Virus record (IMG/VR): IMGVR_UViG_3300022660_000043
Length of the DNA stretch: 64,000 nt
From: a virus
Lineage: Duplodnaviria; Caudoviricetes
Direction: 5' to 3' (one strand)
Position 1 is the first letter of the stretch, and each line of letters begins with the position of its first letter. Position numbers and translations under genes: made by a program. Of this stretch, positions 29,853 to 40,382 are shown piece by piece. The notes beneath the pieces are model-generated. The model made no database searches, had not been told where the DNA came from, and saw only the letters and a list, made by a program, of their open reading frames with translations.

Positions 29853-30929
29853 ATGTATAATAAGTATTTTGATGTAGATTTTCCAGAAATTCAACCAAAG
29901 CTTATCAATGAAAGCTTTTCTAGAAAACTGTTAGAATCCGCTGCGTCTAATGAGTTATTTGCTTTAATTGATCGCATTGAGGCTTTAGATGCTGAATTGC
30001 GACAAATGGAAACAAAGAAAAGTAATGCATGGGATAAACGTTTTAGTACACAATTAGATAATGAAGATCGTAGAAGATTGCGTGAGCTTGAGAATCAATT
30101 AAGAGATCTTCAACGCTCTTATACATTCCGTCATTATAATGGACAGCTTGATGACTGGGACGATGATACTTACGATGAAAAAAGGAAGGCAGAAGTCGCA
30201 GAAGAAGAAGCCGCACTTAGAGCTGAAATTAAGAAGCTAAGTGATGCTTATGATGCCCTATATAGCAAAGTATCAGCTGAACACAGGGCCGAATTTACTA
30301 GCCATGATGAGATAGCTACAACCAAAGATGCTGAGAGAACTGCAGCTAAAAAAGCTAAGCCTGAAGCTATGGCTAAATTACTTGCGGAAGAAAAACCAGC
30401 TCTTGATAAAATCATGGCACAAATAGCAGCTTCATTAGAACCTGGCTTTACTGCAACACTAAATACCAAAGAAGCTACTTTTGATAGTAATACCGGTAAA
30501 TTAACTATTCCGATTTATGGAAAACCGTTCGAAATAGAACTTACTGAAGAAGACTATAAGGGAGATGGCTATGAAGCTGGTGATTATAGCTTTGATGTAG
30601 ACGATTTCCTAGACCAGTATGAGCGTGAATTTGAGGACTATGAAAAGCTTGGCGGTCTTGATCCGTATAATATTGCTGAGGGCCTAAATTTAAATCCAGA
30701 ACAGAATCACTTAGGTTATTTCCCTATAGATGACACTGGCTGGTCTATGCTATATGATATAAGCTTTGAGACAAATGATCAGCCAGAGGTGTCTTATGTT
30801 CATTATGATCCAGGCAAATATGACGGTCCTATGGAAGACAGTTATCCTTCTAGTTTTGAAATGGAATATGACACAGAATTAACTGTAACACCAATTTGTT
30901 ATTTAGTAAAAGAATTCCATCGTGAATAA
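29853..30929 (+). CDS. acidic coiled-coil protein, possibly virion-internal
   Basis: 358 aa, AAGGAG RBS; N-terminal LINES/LLES. Confidence 0.8.
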   Translation: MYNKYFDVDFPEIQPKLINESFSRKLLESAASNELFALIDRIEALDAELRQMETKKSNAWDKRFSTQLDNEDRRRLRELENQLRDLQRSYTFRHYNGQLDDWDDDTYDEKRKAEVAEEEAALRAEIKKLSDAYDALYSKVSAEHRAEFTSHDEIATTKDAERTAAKKAKPEAMAKLLAEEKPALDKIMAQIAASLEPGFTATLNTKEATFDSNTGKLTIPIYGKPFEIELTEEDYKGDGYEAGDYSFDVDDFLDQYEREFEDYEKLGGLDPYNIAEGLNLNPEQNHLGYFPIDDTGWSMLYDISFETNDQPEVSYVHYDPGKYDGPMEDSYPSSFEMEYDTELTVTPICYLVKEFHRE

Positions 30930-30967
30930 AAATAAAAGACCTTAACTTTGTTAAGGTCTTTTATTTT
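30929..30967. terminator. bidirectional terminator between convergent genes
   Basis: AAAATAAAAGACCTTAAC-TTT-GTTAAGGTCTTTTATTTT. Confidence 0.85.
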
Positions 30968-31503
30968 TAATTATTATTTGGTATTCCAGCTTTCATAACT
31001 GGTCTACCTTCGAATAAAGATTCTTGAAGATCAAGTACTCTCTGATTTCTTGAGCCTCTCCAACGATTATTATCCGTAATATCTCGAAGTCGTTCTATAT
31101 ATCTACCTGTAATTAATACATCTATGTTATTTAACATAGTCTGAGTATAAATTCCTCTCTTACAGCCATCCGGTAATAAGTCATTTAATTCATACCCAGT
31201 ATAACACCAAATACTTTTACCTGTATACTTTTTAACTTTAGCACAAAGCTTTGCAAGAGCAGGCTGGTTTTCAGGCTCGAATGGTTCACCACCACAAAGG
31301 GTTAAACCAGCAATATGAGGCTTCTGAAGATGCTCCAAAATTTTAGCCTCAACTTCTTGAGTATAGCGCTCACCAGCTGCAAAACACCAGGTCTCTGGAT
31401 TATGACATCCCGGGCAACAATTACGACAGCCTGAGACAAACAAAGTGATTCTTATTCCAGGACCTTCGTTTACTGAGCTTTTGTTTATACGTACATAATT
31501 CAT
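30967..31503 (-). CDS. nrdG: anaerobic ribonucleotide reductase activase (radical SAM)
   Basis: GPGIR.TLFVSGCRNCCPGCHN, GGEP, RGSRNQR. Confidence 0.95.
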   Translation of the reverse strand: MNYVRINKSSVNEGPGIRITLFVSGCRNCCPGCHNPETWCFAAGERYTQEVEAKILEHLQKPHIAGLTLCGGEPFEPENQPALAKLCAKVKKYTGKSIWCYTGYELNDLLPDGCKRGIYTQTMLNNIDVLITGRYIERLRDITDNNRWRGSRNQRVLDLQESLFEGRPVMKAGIPNNN

Positions 31504-32187
31504 TTAGATCTTACAAACTATCCAAGTATTAATATCAGACTTAATAGCTCTATAGCCAGGTGCAAGATAATTTACTACATCTGCACCATTATCATCAGTA
31601 TAAGCTTCTGCAGGATTGAAGCCTACAAAGGTACCACCTCTAACAATAATAGTGCCAGGCTTAGTATTGTTAGAGTTAAGAGTCCACCGAGGTGTCTCAC
31701 ATTCAAAGTAGCCACCATTAATCTCTACAATACCGCCATTCTTTACATAGATAAGATCGAAGTGAGAGGCATCATTGCCCTGAGCACCCTTATTTGTAAA
31801 AGTGCCATCATCAATAATAACATGTCCACCATCTGCCCAAATAGCCATACTATAATCATTCTTACCTACGCCATTAACGATACCTTTACCGCTGATAATA
31901 AGATAACCATTTTTCTTTACATGGAAAATACCTTCTCCAGCAGTATCCTCAGGTGCAGAAATCATTCTGCCAGCAAGATTAATAGACACAGGCTCAGAGA
32001 TAACACGCGCAGTCTCGTACACAGCATTTTCAGCAAGTTCTTCAGTAACCATAGGTGTAAGAACTTTACCGTTTACGGTCACAGTATCTGCTTCCTTATC
32101 TACTACAAACTCATACTCAGGAGCAGGTACAGGCTTATCATCCTTAAAGGTTACGCAAATGCGTCCATTTCTTTCATAAATAAACAT
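31504..32187 (-). CDS. hypothetical protein with beta-helix-like repeats
   Basis: GGHVIIDDGTF, GGIVEINGGYF, GTIIVRGGTF. Confidence 0.75.
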   Translation of the reverse strand: MFIYERNGRICVTFKDDKPVPAPEYEFVVDKEADTVTVNGKVLTPMVTEELAENAVYETARVISEPVSINLAGRMISAPEDTAGEGIFHVKKNGYLIISGKGIVNGVGKNDYSMAIWADGGHVIIDDGTFTNKGAQGNDASHFDLIYVKNGGIVEINGGYFECETPRWTLNSNNTKPGTIIVRGGTFVGFNPAEAYTDDNGADVVNYLAPGYRAIKSDINTWIVCKI

Positions 32188-32214
32188 TTTAATCTCTTCC
32201 TTTATATTATATTT

Positions 32215-34419
32215 TTATTCTCCGAGGTGGACAACGCGTTCCTTAATTTCCTGCGTCCTTCCATATCCCCATTTATTAACACCAATATAACCACAAGTTC
32301 TACGAGCTACATTAATGAGCTTTTCATCATGATTGTTACAATTTGGGCAATACCACTTCATATCATCTGTAATTTGCATTTCACCATCATACCCGCAAAC
32401 CTGACAATAATCACTCTTAGTATTTAGCTCAGCATACATAATATTCTCATAGATAAACTTCATTACCTCAAGAACAGCCTCTACATTAGAAGTAAGATTA
32501 GCTGTCTCTACATAACTAATGGCTCCGCCGGGAGCAAGCTTCTGAAATTCTGATTCAAGTGCAAGTTTTTCAAATGCGTCAATCTCTTCAAATACAGGTA
32601 CATGATAACTATTAGTAATATAGTTTCTATCCTTGCCATCAAGCTTCACAAAGACATCATTACCAAAGCGAGACTTAAGCTTTTTAGCAAACTTATAAGT
32701 AGTGGACTCAATAGGAGACCCATAAACCGAGTAATCGATATTCTCCTCAGCCTTCCACTTTGCACACATATCGTTAAGCTTCTGCATTACCTTAAGCCCA
32801 AACTCTTTACCTTCTGGATCTGTATGGCTGACGCCGGTCATATACTTAACACACTCATAAAGACCTGCAAAGCCAAGACTTGCAGTAGAGTAGCCATTGT
32901 ATACAAGATTAGTAAGTTTCTCTCCATAGTCCAATCTTGCCAAGGCACCATATCTCCAAAGAATCGGGGCTACATCAGCAGGTACCTCAAGAAGTCTATC
33001 AATACGAGCTCTTAAGCCAAGGTGACAAAGTTCACATCTCTCCTCAAGAAGCTTCCAAAACTTATCTCTATTCTTGCCTGAAGAAAGCGCTACGTCAGGA
33101 AGACTAATAGTAGTAACACCCATATTAAAACGACCATAATACTTCGGCTTTTCAGGATCATAATTAAGAGCCTTGGCATAGTTAGCAGTAGTTCTATCAG
33201 GTGTTAAAAAGCTTCTGCAACCCATGCAGGGATACACATCACCAGAAGACTGCCCTGCTCGAAGCTTATATTCTCTCATCTTCTTTGCAGATATGTAATC
33301 CGGCACAAGTCTCTTAGCTGTACATTTGGCAGCAAGCTTTGTAATTTCCCAATACTCAGAATCCTCTCGAATATTATCTTCATCTAATACATAGAGAAGC
33401 TTAGGAAAAGCAGGAGTGATATAAACACCTTGGGCATTCTTGAGACCCTTAATTCTTTGATGCAAAAACTCCTCAATAAGCATAGCAGTCTCTTTTCTGA
33501 ACTCGGGATCCTCAGAGATGTACATATTTACAGAAATAAAAGGTGCCTGCCCATTAGTACTGGACATAGAATTAATCTGATAATTAAAAGTCTGTACTGA
33601 ATCTCGTACTTCCTTCATAAGTCTCTTCTCGGCAATCTTTTTTATAAGCTCTGGTTTATTATCTATAACAAGCTCGGCAAGCTCACCGGCTACTTCATCT
33701 AGATAACTTTCATAGCTCATTCTTACGAAAGGCGCGAGATGTGTTAAAGTAATAGTTACCCCACCATACTGAGAACTACTTACAGCAGTAATAATCTGAG
33801 TAGCTACAGTAGTAGCAGTAAGAAGTCTATGCTGCGGGTCAATACGAACTCCATTAAGAACAGTACCATTCTGAAGCATGTCTTCCAGATTGACGAGACA
33901 ACAATTATTTCTAGCTTTCTCAGCCATATAATCCATATCGTGCTGATGAATAATACCTGCGTCGTGTGCCTCACAAACAGCCTTAGGAAGCAAGAATCTA
34001 CGCGCAAGATCCGTGCCTGCGATACCTGCAAGGTAGTCTCTCTGTGTAGTTACAATAGTAGCATCCTTATTTGAGTTCTCAGTATTCCAGTACTCGCTCT
34101 CACCCGAAAGAAACTCAAGAAATGTTTTATCAGTAATAGAGCCTCTCCTTTGAGTTCTCTGCTCACGATAAAGAATATAAGCTTTAGCCGTCTGATTAAA
34201 ACGGCTCTTAAGTAAAGAATCTTCTACAAGGTCCTGAATCTGCTCTACAGTGATTCGATCGGAATTTAAACGCTCACATTTATTACCTACAATTTCCGCA
34301 ATTCGATCAACATCCTGGTCAGTCATTTCCTTAGTATCTTTGGCTGCTGCTTTAAGAGCCTTACGAATTTTCTTCTCGTCAAAGTCTACAACCGCGCCGT
34401 CGCGCTTAATTACCTTCAT
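32215..34419 (-). CDS. nrdD: anaerobic (class III) ribonucleoside-triphosphate reductase with ATP cone
   Basis: VIKRDG ATP cone, NNCCL, MGCRS, YITNSYH, CQVCG/CPNC, RRTCGYIG. Confidence 0.97.
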   Translation of the reverse strand: MKVIKRDGAVVDFDEKKIRKALKAAAKDTKEMTDQDVDRIAEIVGNKCERLNSDRITVEQIQDLVEDSLLKSRFNQTAKAYILYREQRTQRRGSITDKTFLEFLSGESEYWNTENSNKDATIVTTQRDYLAGIAGTDLARRFLLPKAVCEAHDAGIIHQHDMDYMAEKARNNCCLVNLEDMLQNGTVLNGVRIDPQHRLLTATTVATQIITAVSSSQYGGVTITLTHLAPFVRMSYESYLDEVAGELAELVIDNKPELIKKIAEKRLMKEVRDSVQTFNYQINSMSSTNGQAPFISVNMYISEDPEFRKETAMLIEEFLHQRIKGLKNAQGVYITPAFPKLLYVLDEDNIREDSEYWEITKLAAKCTAKRLVPDYISAKKMREYKLRAGQSSGDVYPCMGCRSFLTPDRTTANYAKALNYDPEKPKYYGRFNMGVTTISLPDVALSSGKNRDKFWKLLEERCELCHLGLRARIDRLLEVPADVAPILWRYGALARLDYGEKLTNLVYNGYSTASLGFAGLYECVKYMTGVSHTDPEGKEFGLKVMQKLNDMCAKWKAEENIDYSVYGSPIESTTYKFAKKLKSRFGNDVFVKLDGKDRNYITNSYHVPVFEEIDAFEKLALESEFQKLAPGGAISYVETANLTSNVEAVLEVMKFIYENIMYAELNTKSDYCQVCGYDGEMQITDDMKWYCPNCNNHDEKLINVARRTCGYIGVNKWGYGRTQEIKERVVHLGE

Positions 34420-34554
34420 ATATTTTCTCCTTTCCAACTAATATATCCGGTATATATTTTAGCAAATCTAAACCTCTCTTTTCGGCCTGAATCTATACTA
34501 AAAATTAATCAGGGCAGGCCAAGAAAGCAAACTACCCTGATATATTATACAATT

Positions 34555-37500
34555 TTAATCTTCCATTTCTTGGGATAAATAAAGCTTTTTATAGAAAGAA
34601 AAATATATACCAATACCATCACAATATAGGTAATATCTCTCTTGATTGTTAGTCTCGCTTATTACTATCTGAGATTTTTCTCTGAACTTACCTAAATATA
34701 GAGCACCTACAGGTCTCTGATTAATATCTAATAACTCAATGATAGGTGGATTAGGCTGTTCAATCCACAAGGTAAAAAGCTGTGCTAAAGATTTTCCCTC
34801 TTCCATTACGGTCCCTCATTTCTATGATCCCAACAATGCCAGGATTCTCTTTCTCTGCCCCAAAAGAACTGATCCATAAAATGACCCTTACCTAAATAAG
34901 CATCATACTCATCTAACATATTCTCTGCGGTTTCAAGTTCTTTTTTATAAAACTCTCTGCACTCACCATACTGCCTGTACACGCAAAGTAGACTAAAATC
35001 ATTATTGCCTTCTCTCACTTGCTTACAATAAGCTTTATACATAGAGTCTAGTATGTTGTCGAAGAGTTTAATTACAGTTCTAAGACCTTTCCTACTAAAG
35101 CGCATTACCCTAAACTCTGCCACACTTTTAATATACTCAAAACCAGTATGTTCCTTATTAATTGCTTTCTCAACCAAAGCTTTAAATAACTCCTCTTGTT
35201 CCTCTGCTGACTGAGAAGTTGTATTTTCAAATTCAATCATAATATATAACTCCTATAAATCTTATTATATAATACAATAAAATAAAAAGAAAAGCTCCTT
35301 ATAAAAAGGAGCAAATCTTATAGCTCTACAAAGTCAAAAGGATCATTAGGTTCCCAGCGAATATCTACCTTATAGGGCATTCTAGTCTTCTGACAGCTGG
35401 TTTCCAAAAAATTAGGTCTCATCTCAATACGCTTCTGCATATAAGCAACTTCCTCTGGTGTAGCATCAAACTTACCATAGCCATCATCTTCGCCATATCC
35501 ATAAGTTTGTACTTCACACTTAATTTTAGAAGGGCCTGCACACTTGTTTAATACTTCCTCAAAGAAAGTCCAGCCAGCTAAATCATCATAGCAAATAGGT
35601 TCACCACCACATAAACCTTCGCCTACAAAATTAGTAGTATCGGAAGTAACCTTTACTTTAGAAAATATAATCATAATTACACCTCTTCATCAATTTCATT
35701 AAAAGCAGTTCTATCTAAACCGTCTGCCCACTCCCAGAATAGATCATATACCTCATCTATATCTGCGGCTGCAAAATCACCAAGCTCCACTATTGCGGCA
35801 GTAACAATATCTTCTTTTTCACTTGAGCTTGCACTTTCCCAGGAATCATAAGTCCAGCCTTGTAAACCTGCCCAGAAAAGATCAATAAGTCTATCTCTAA
35901 TTTGCTCAGTCATTACTATACTCCTTTTAGTAGGTCTACATAATTTAGCAATAAAAAGAAGCCTAAGTTAATAGGCTTCAAAAATGTTTCTTCATATACT
36001 TATTTAGCTTCTTTGTATACTTTGGCTTAACAGGTACTCCTAAAGCTTCAGTCAGTACTCTGCCTTCGTATTCACAGCCTTTAGGATATATAACTCCAAG
36101 CTTAGTATAGCCTTGCCAGACTGCCATAGGTATAGGTTTAAAAATATTTTGGTCTATTCTATCTGCCATTACCAATCTCCTTCTGCTGCAGAATCAAGAA
36201 GCCTTAGAATACCTGAGCTATTACTCGCCCCTGAGCAAGAACCGTACTCCGCTGATATATATTCACAATTAGCGAATAACCATTTAGCAAATTCTTCTTT
36301 AGACATCTTAGTTATCTTGTCCCACAAAGTTTCTGGTTTTGGTTCCAAAGGCTCTATCCCAAAAGCAAGCCCCTTGCCTATAGCTACCGGACATAGCTTC
36401 ATATAAGAAATAAACTCAAAAGCCTCAGACTCATTATTACATTTATATGCTTTATCAATATTCTCTGTAATTAAAAGATCTGTATCCACAGAAAAATGTT
36501 TCAAATTTAAGCCAGAGTAATAGTATTTCCTAGAGCCTTGGTAGATAGTAATTACATATTTAGTCATTATCTTCCTCCGGAATTACTTCAATACAAAAAG
36601 TCTTCTTAAGATTTTCTCTCTGTTCTTTGGTAGGCATTTCAAACTCCATATTATCATCTATGTAGAAAGTCAAGCCACCACCACAGAGCTTTATTGTAGC
36701 AACTCTTTTTGGTATCCTAATACTATATCCAACTGTAGCGTTTGGAAAGTTAATGGTACCTTCATTACGCTGTTCCATTAATCCACCTCCAAACCATATT
36801 TCTGTTTAAGTCTATCAAACGTCTTATGATAAGTACCAAAGTAATCAGCTACATGATCAAGCAAATCACTCTTAACATCTGCAAAGATCTTCTCAGCCAT
36901 AGCTCGCTCGACCTGCTTAATCTTATCATCAAAGTCTTTCTTAGACATACTTACCATAGGATTCATTTCTATAATCATTACTTACACATCCTTTCTTCAA
37001 GCTCTGCAAGAAAAGCACCGAAAGCTTTTTCATCCAGTGGTTTATGAGTATCACAGTAGTACAAAATCTTTGAAATTATTTCATGTGCTGCTTCACTTTT
37101 ATGACAATATCCTGCTTCTGCTAATACCTCAGCATAGCGCTCTGAATGACACTTTATTCGGTCAGCCATATACATATCATAAGCATATCTACAGGTATCA
37201 CAGTCATATGGTAAGCCGCAGAGGGTCTTGGCCATTTTTAAAGTCTTGGCATCCATTACGCTTAAATCTCCTCTAATTCACCATTAGCATTACGAATATC
37301 AATAATCTTTTGCTGCAGTTCTTCAGCTTTATCATAGAGCTTTTTATATTCGAGATAGCCCAAGCTACTTTTAGGATACTGATCCATGGCATTCTTACAA
37401 TAAGACTTATCTCCCTCACAGCAGATAATCAAATCAAAAATTTCATCCGGAGTAAAAGTAATAGAAACATCTTCTTTCAATACATAACACTTAGCCATAA

Positions 37501-38772
37501 TTTATTTATCCTCCTTAACGATAAGGTCTATCCGAATTAAAAATCAATTCGCTTACTTTAGAAGCAAGCTCAGGATCATTTCTCTTATAGGGATTATCCG
37601 GGATATGTCTCTTAGTTTCTTGCTGGGTTACAGGATTCGCTAAACGACTGTACACAAGTTTGAGCTTAGCTAAATCCTTAAGAAGCCCCTCCTCTACCTT
37701 AGAACTAAGTACGGCATATGCCAAAGTCTCACCCATATCATCAATTACTTCCGCTAAAAGGTCTATAGTAGGTTTCATTACTTATCTCCCCACTTAACTG
37801 TAACTTGTGCCTCATATCTATATCCATCAGATATATAAAACTCCGCATCAAAACCCTGAGCTTCTAAAAGCTTTACTATCTCGGGACCTACTACTTCAAC
37901 ATTAGGAAGATTCATTTTAGTATTCGTAAGATCAAGTACTACATTATATCTGCCAAGGTCAATAGCCTTACGAATTAAGGTCTCCGCATAATTTACGACA
38001 TACTCTTTAGCAAGAACCTTAAGTCTTTCCTCAGTTGCCGATCTGGCTTCTTTTGCTGTAATCATTTTCTATACCTCCATAATAAATACTATTATATAAT
38101 ACAATAGGCCTGGTCCTAAAACCAAGCCTATAAATAAAGTTATTAATTTTATTTCCTCTTAAAAGAGTCCAGCTTCTTCTGCTTCAAAAGATTTCATTAG
38201 GCATCTCATGCACATTCCAGTAAGAGTAGAGAATGGTGCCTTTTCTGGTACGGGATACTGACAAATACCATTCTCACAATAGACTCTCTTTGTGCCTTTA
38301 TCTTCTGTATGAGGACAAGTCCATGGCGTAAGTGTGGCAAGAGGTGTTTCAATCAAAGTAGCTGTAGCGGCAGTAGCCGTTCTGATTAGTACAAGAGCTA
38401 TAGCATAATCTCCATCTACCTTTTTAATTATTGCAGGATCGCCTTCAAAACTATAGACTTTATTTTTATCCATTATCGTCCCTCCTTAATTCTCTGCTTA
38501 CGTAAAGCCTTAGATTCTTGCTTATTAAGTACATGCTCTCTGGTGGCAAGTATTCTCTTCACTTGCTCCATATTAAAGTTTTGGTGATTACCACATCTAG
38601 CACACTCTTCATCTTGTTTGTCACAGCGACAGTCGGCGCAGTACTCAGATACATGATACAAATGATTGCGTTCATTTAATAGTTGTTTAGTATGCATGTT
38701 CTCCAAGGCTCGAATGTCGGCATAAGTATATTTATAATGAAAATAAAAACATGCCATCGCTGTACCCTCCAT
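34555..38772 (-). other. run of ~15 small hypothetical CDSs (34555-34806, 34806-35240, 35318-35674, 35677-35913, 35978-36175, 36169-36567, 36560-36778, 36778-36978, 36978-37256, 37262-37498, 37515-37778, 37778-38065, 38159-38473, 38473-38772)
   Basis: tiling with RBSs and TAATG/ATGA overlaps. Confidence 0.7.
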
Positions 38773-38853
38773 AAAGTTTTCTTTATAATATAATACAATA
38801 AGAGCATAATAAAAATCACAAGTTATTTTCGAATAACTGGTGATTTGTTTTAT

Positions 38854-39252
38854 TTAATCCTTATACTGTATTTCCTTACAGTCTACTGTCGGATAAGGAG
38901 TGAACATAGCATGAGTAAAAGCAACTTCAGTTACTACTGCTTTATCATCTGTATACTCTACTGCACCAGTTCCAGCCAAAGTAAATGCTGCACTGTATTT
39001 GAAATCTTTAAGTAGCTTAATATAGGTAGAGTCAAATATCTCGCCGTCTATTGCTACTACTCTCTTATCTTCAAGCATTGCCGTTCCTAAACCAATAAGC
39101 TTATTGTCTTCTGAGAGAATTGGAAGTGCTTTAGTATTACATAACTCTTTAAATGCTGGTTCATTAAACGCCTTCTCAAGAACTTCCTGTGGGTAGATTC
39201 TGCCATTCCTAGTTCCTTTTTCTGGATATGCATATTTCATAGTAACCCTCAT
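38854..39252 (-). CDS. prohead-protease-like protein (T4 gp21-type), apparently lacking catalytic residues
   Basis: TRNGRIYPQEVLEKA matches gp21-family NxNxRxYP..L.KA. Confidence 0.55.
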   Translation of the reverse strand: MRVTMKYAYPEKGTRNGRIYPQEVLEKAFNEPAFKELCNTKALPILSEDNKLIGLGTAMLEDKRVVAIDGEIFDSTYIKLLKDFKYSAAFTLAGTGAVEYTDDKAVVTEVAFTHAMFTPYPTVDCKEIQYKD

Positions 39253-39262
39253 AATCTACTCC

Positions 39263-40114
39263 TTAATAATTAGTTATAATAACTTCTTTGCCTTTTCTAT
39301 TATTACCGTTTCTATTGACACTACGACGAACGTCTATTTCATGAATATTATAATCCTTAAATAGTTCACGGATAAAGGTAGTATCATTATTACTTACAAT
39401 AAGCTTACAGCCCTTAGCAGTAAGCTTATCACAGACTGTCTTAAGTCTAATAGTATCTTCTCTGGTCCAGCCTTCTTTCTGATAACCTACAAATCCGCCA
39501 GTCTTAATCTCTTCATCTGGATCATAAGGCGGATCAAAATAAACCCAATCACCAGGCTCTATGTCTTTGATAGTCTCAGCGTAATCGCCCTCTCTAATTC
39601 TTACACCTTTAAGAAAAGCAGAGAGCTCTCTAATTGCTTCTTCTTGCACTATATCAGGACACCTGCCATTTGAAGTTCTGCCTAAAGGTGTATTGAAGTA
39701 GCCCTTTGAATTAACTCTATAAAGACCATTAAAACAAGTCTTATTAAGATATACAGTTCTTGCTGTGATCTCAGTACTCGGTCGCTGCCAAAATCCGGGT
39801 TCTCGATCCAAGTCTCTTATTGTGTAATACCATTCTCCAGTAGCAAGCTTAGGGTTACAATGCTGCTCCTGATGAATCTTAAGCTCTTGAATTAAAGACT
39901 CAGGATACTGCCTTATTACTTTATAAAGATTTACTAATTCAGGATTAAGGTCACTAATAGTAGTATACTTGTAGCCAAGGTCAAACGCCAAAGCCCCACC
40001 ACCAATAAAAGGCTCATAAAAAACATGGCCATTAAGTTTTTCTACATCTATGTATTTCTTAAGTTCTGATAAAACTTGGCCCTTTCCACCTGGCCATTTA
40101 AGTATTGGTTTCAT
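39263..40114 (-). CDS. dam: DNA adenine methyltransferase (Dam/D12 class)
   Basis: KWPGGK, EPFIGGG, YLNKTCFNGLYRVN, DPPY. Confidence 0.93.
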   Translation of the reverse strand: MKPILKWPGGKGQVLSELKKYIDVEKLNGHVFYEPFIGGGALAFDLGYKYTTISDLNPELVNLYKVIRQYPESLIQELKIHQEQHCNPKLATGEWYYTIRDLDREPGFWQRPSTEITARTVYLNKTCFNGLYRVNSKGYFNTPLGRTSNGRCPDIVQEEAIRELSAFLKGVRIREGDYAETIKDIEPGDWVYFDPPYDPDEEIKTGGFVGYQKEGWTREDTIRLKTVCDKLTAKGCKLIVSNNDTTFIRELFKDYNIHEIDVRRSVNRNGNNRKGKEVIITNY

Positions 40115-40382
40115 CTTCTGCCTCCTCGTCCTCGGGTGGTTCAGGTAAGTAAGTCCAATGAGTTACCCTATCTATACTACCTGGGATTCTCCACGAATAG
40201 CCCCAGTCACCCCACTCACAATAACCTTCTTTTACCATCTTCTTTCCACTGTACTGTTTACAAGCACAGAGTACTCTGATAGATACTTTACCATTTTTAT
40301 ATCTACTCTTCTTATCTGGGTCTATCTCTGGGAGTCTTTCATCTACGCTTATCCAATTAGTCATTTTCTTTATAACCTCCAT
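40098..40382 (-). CDS. DUF551-like protein
   Basis: WISVDERLP...VTHW..LPEPP. Confidence 0.8.
   Translation of the reverse strand: MEVIKKMTNWISVDERLPEIDPDKKSRYKNGKVSIRVLCACKQYSGKKMVKEGYCEWGDWGYSWRIPGSIDRVTHWTYLPEPPEDEEAEDETNT

Noticed and set aside
32215-34419. Intein or intron in nrdD or the DNA ligase
   Set aside because: Normal lengths, continuous motifs, no splice-junction signatures.
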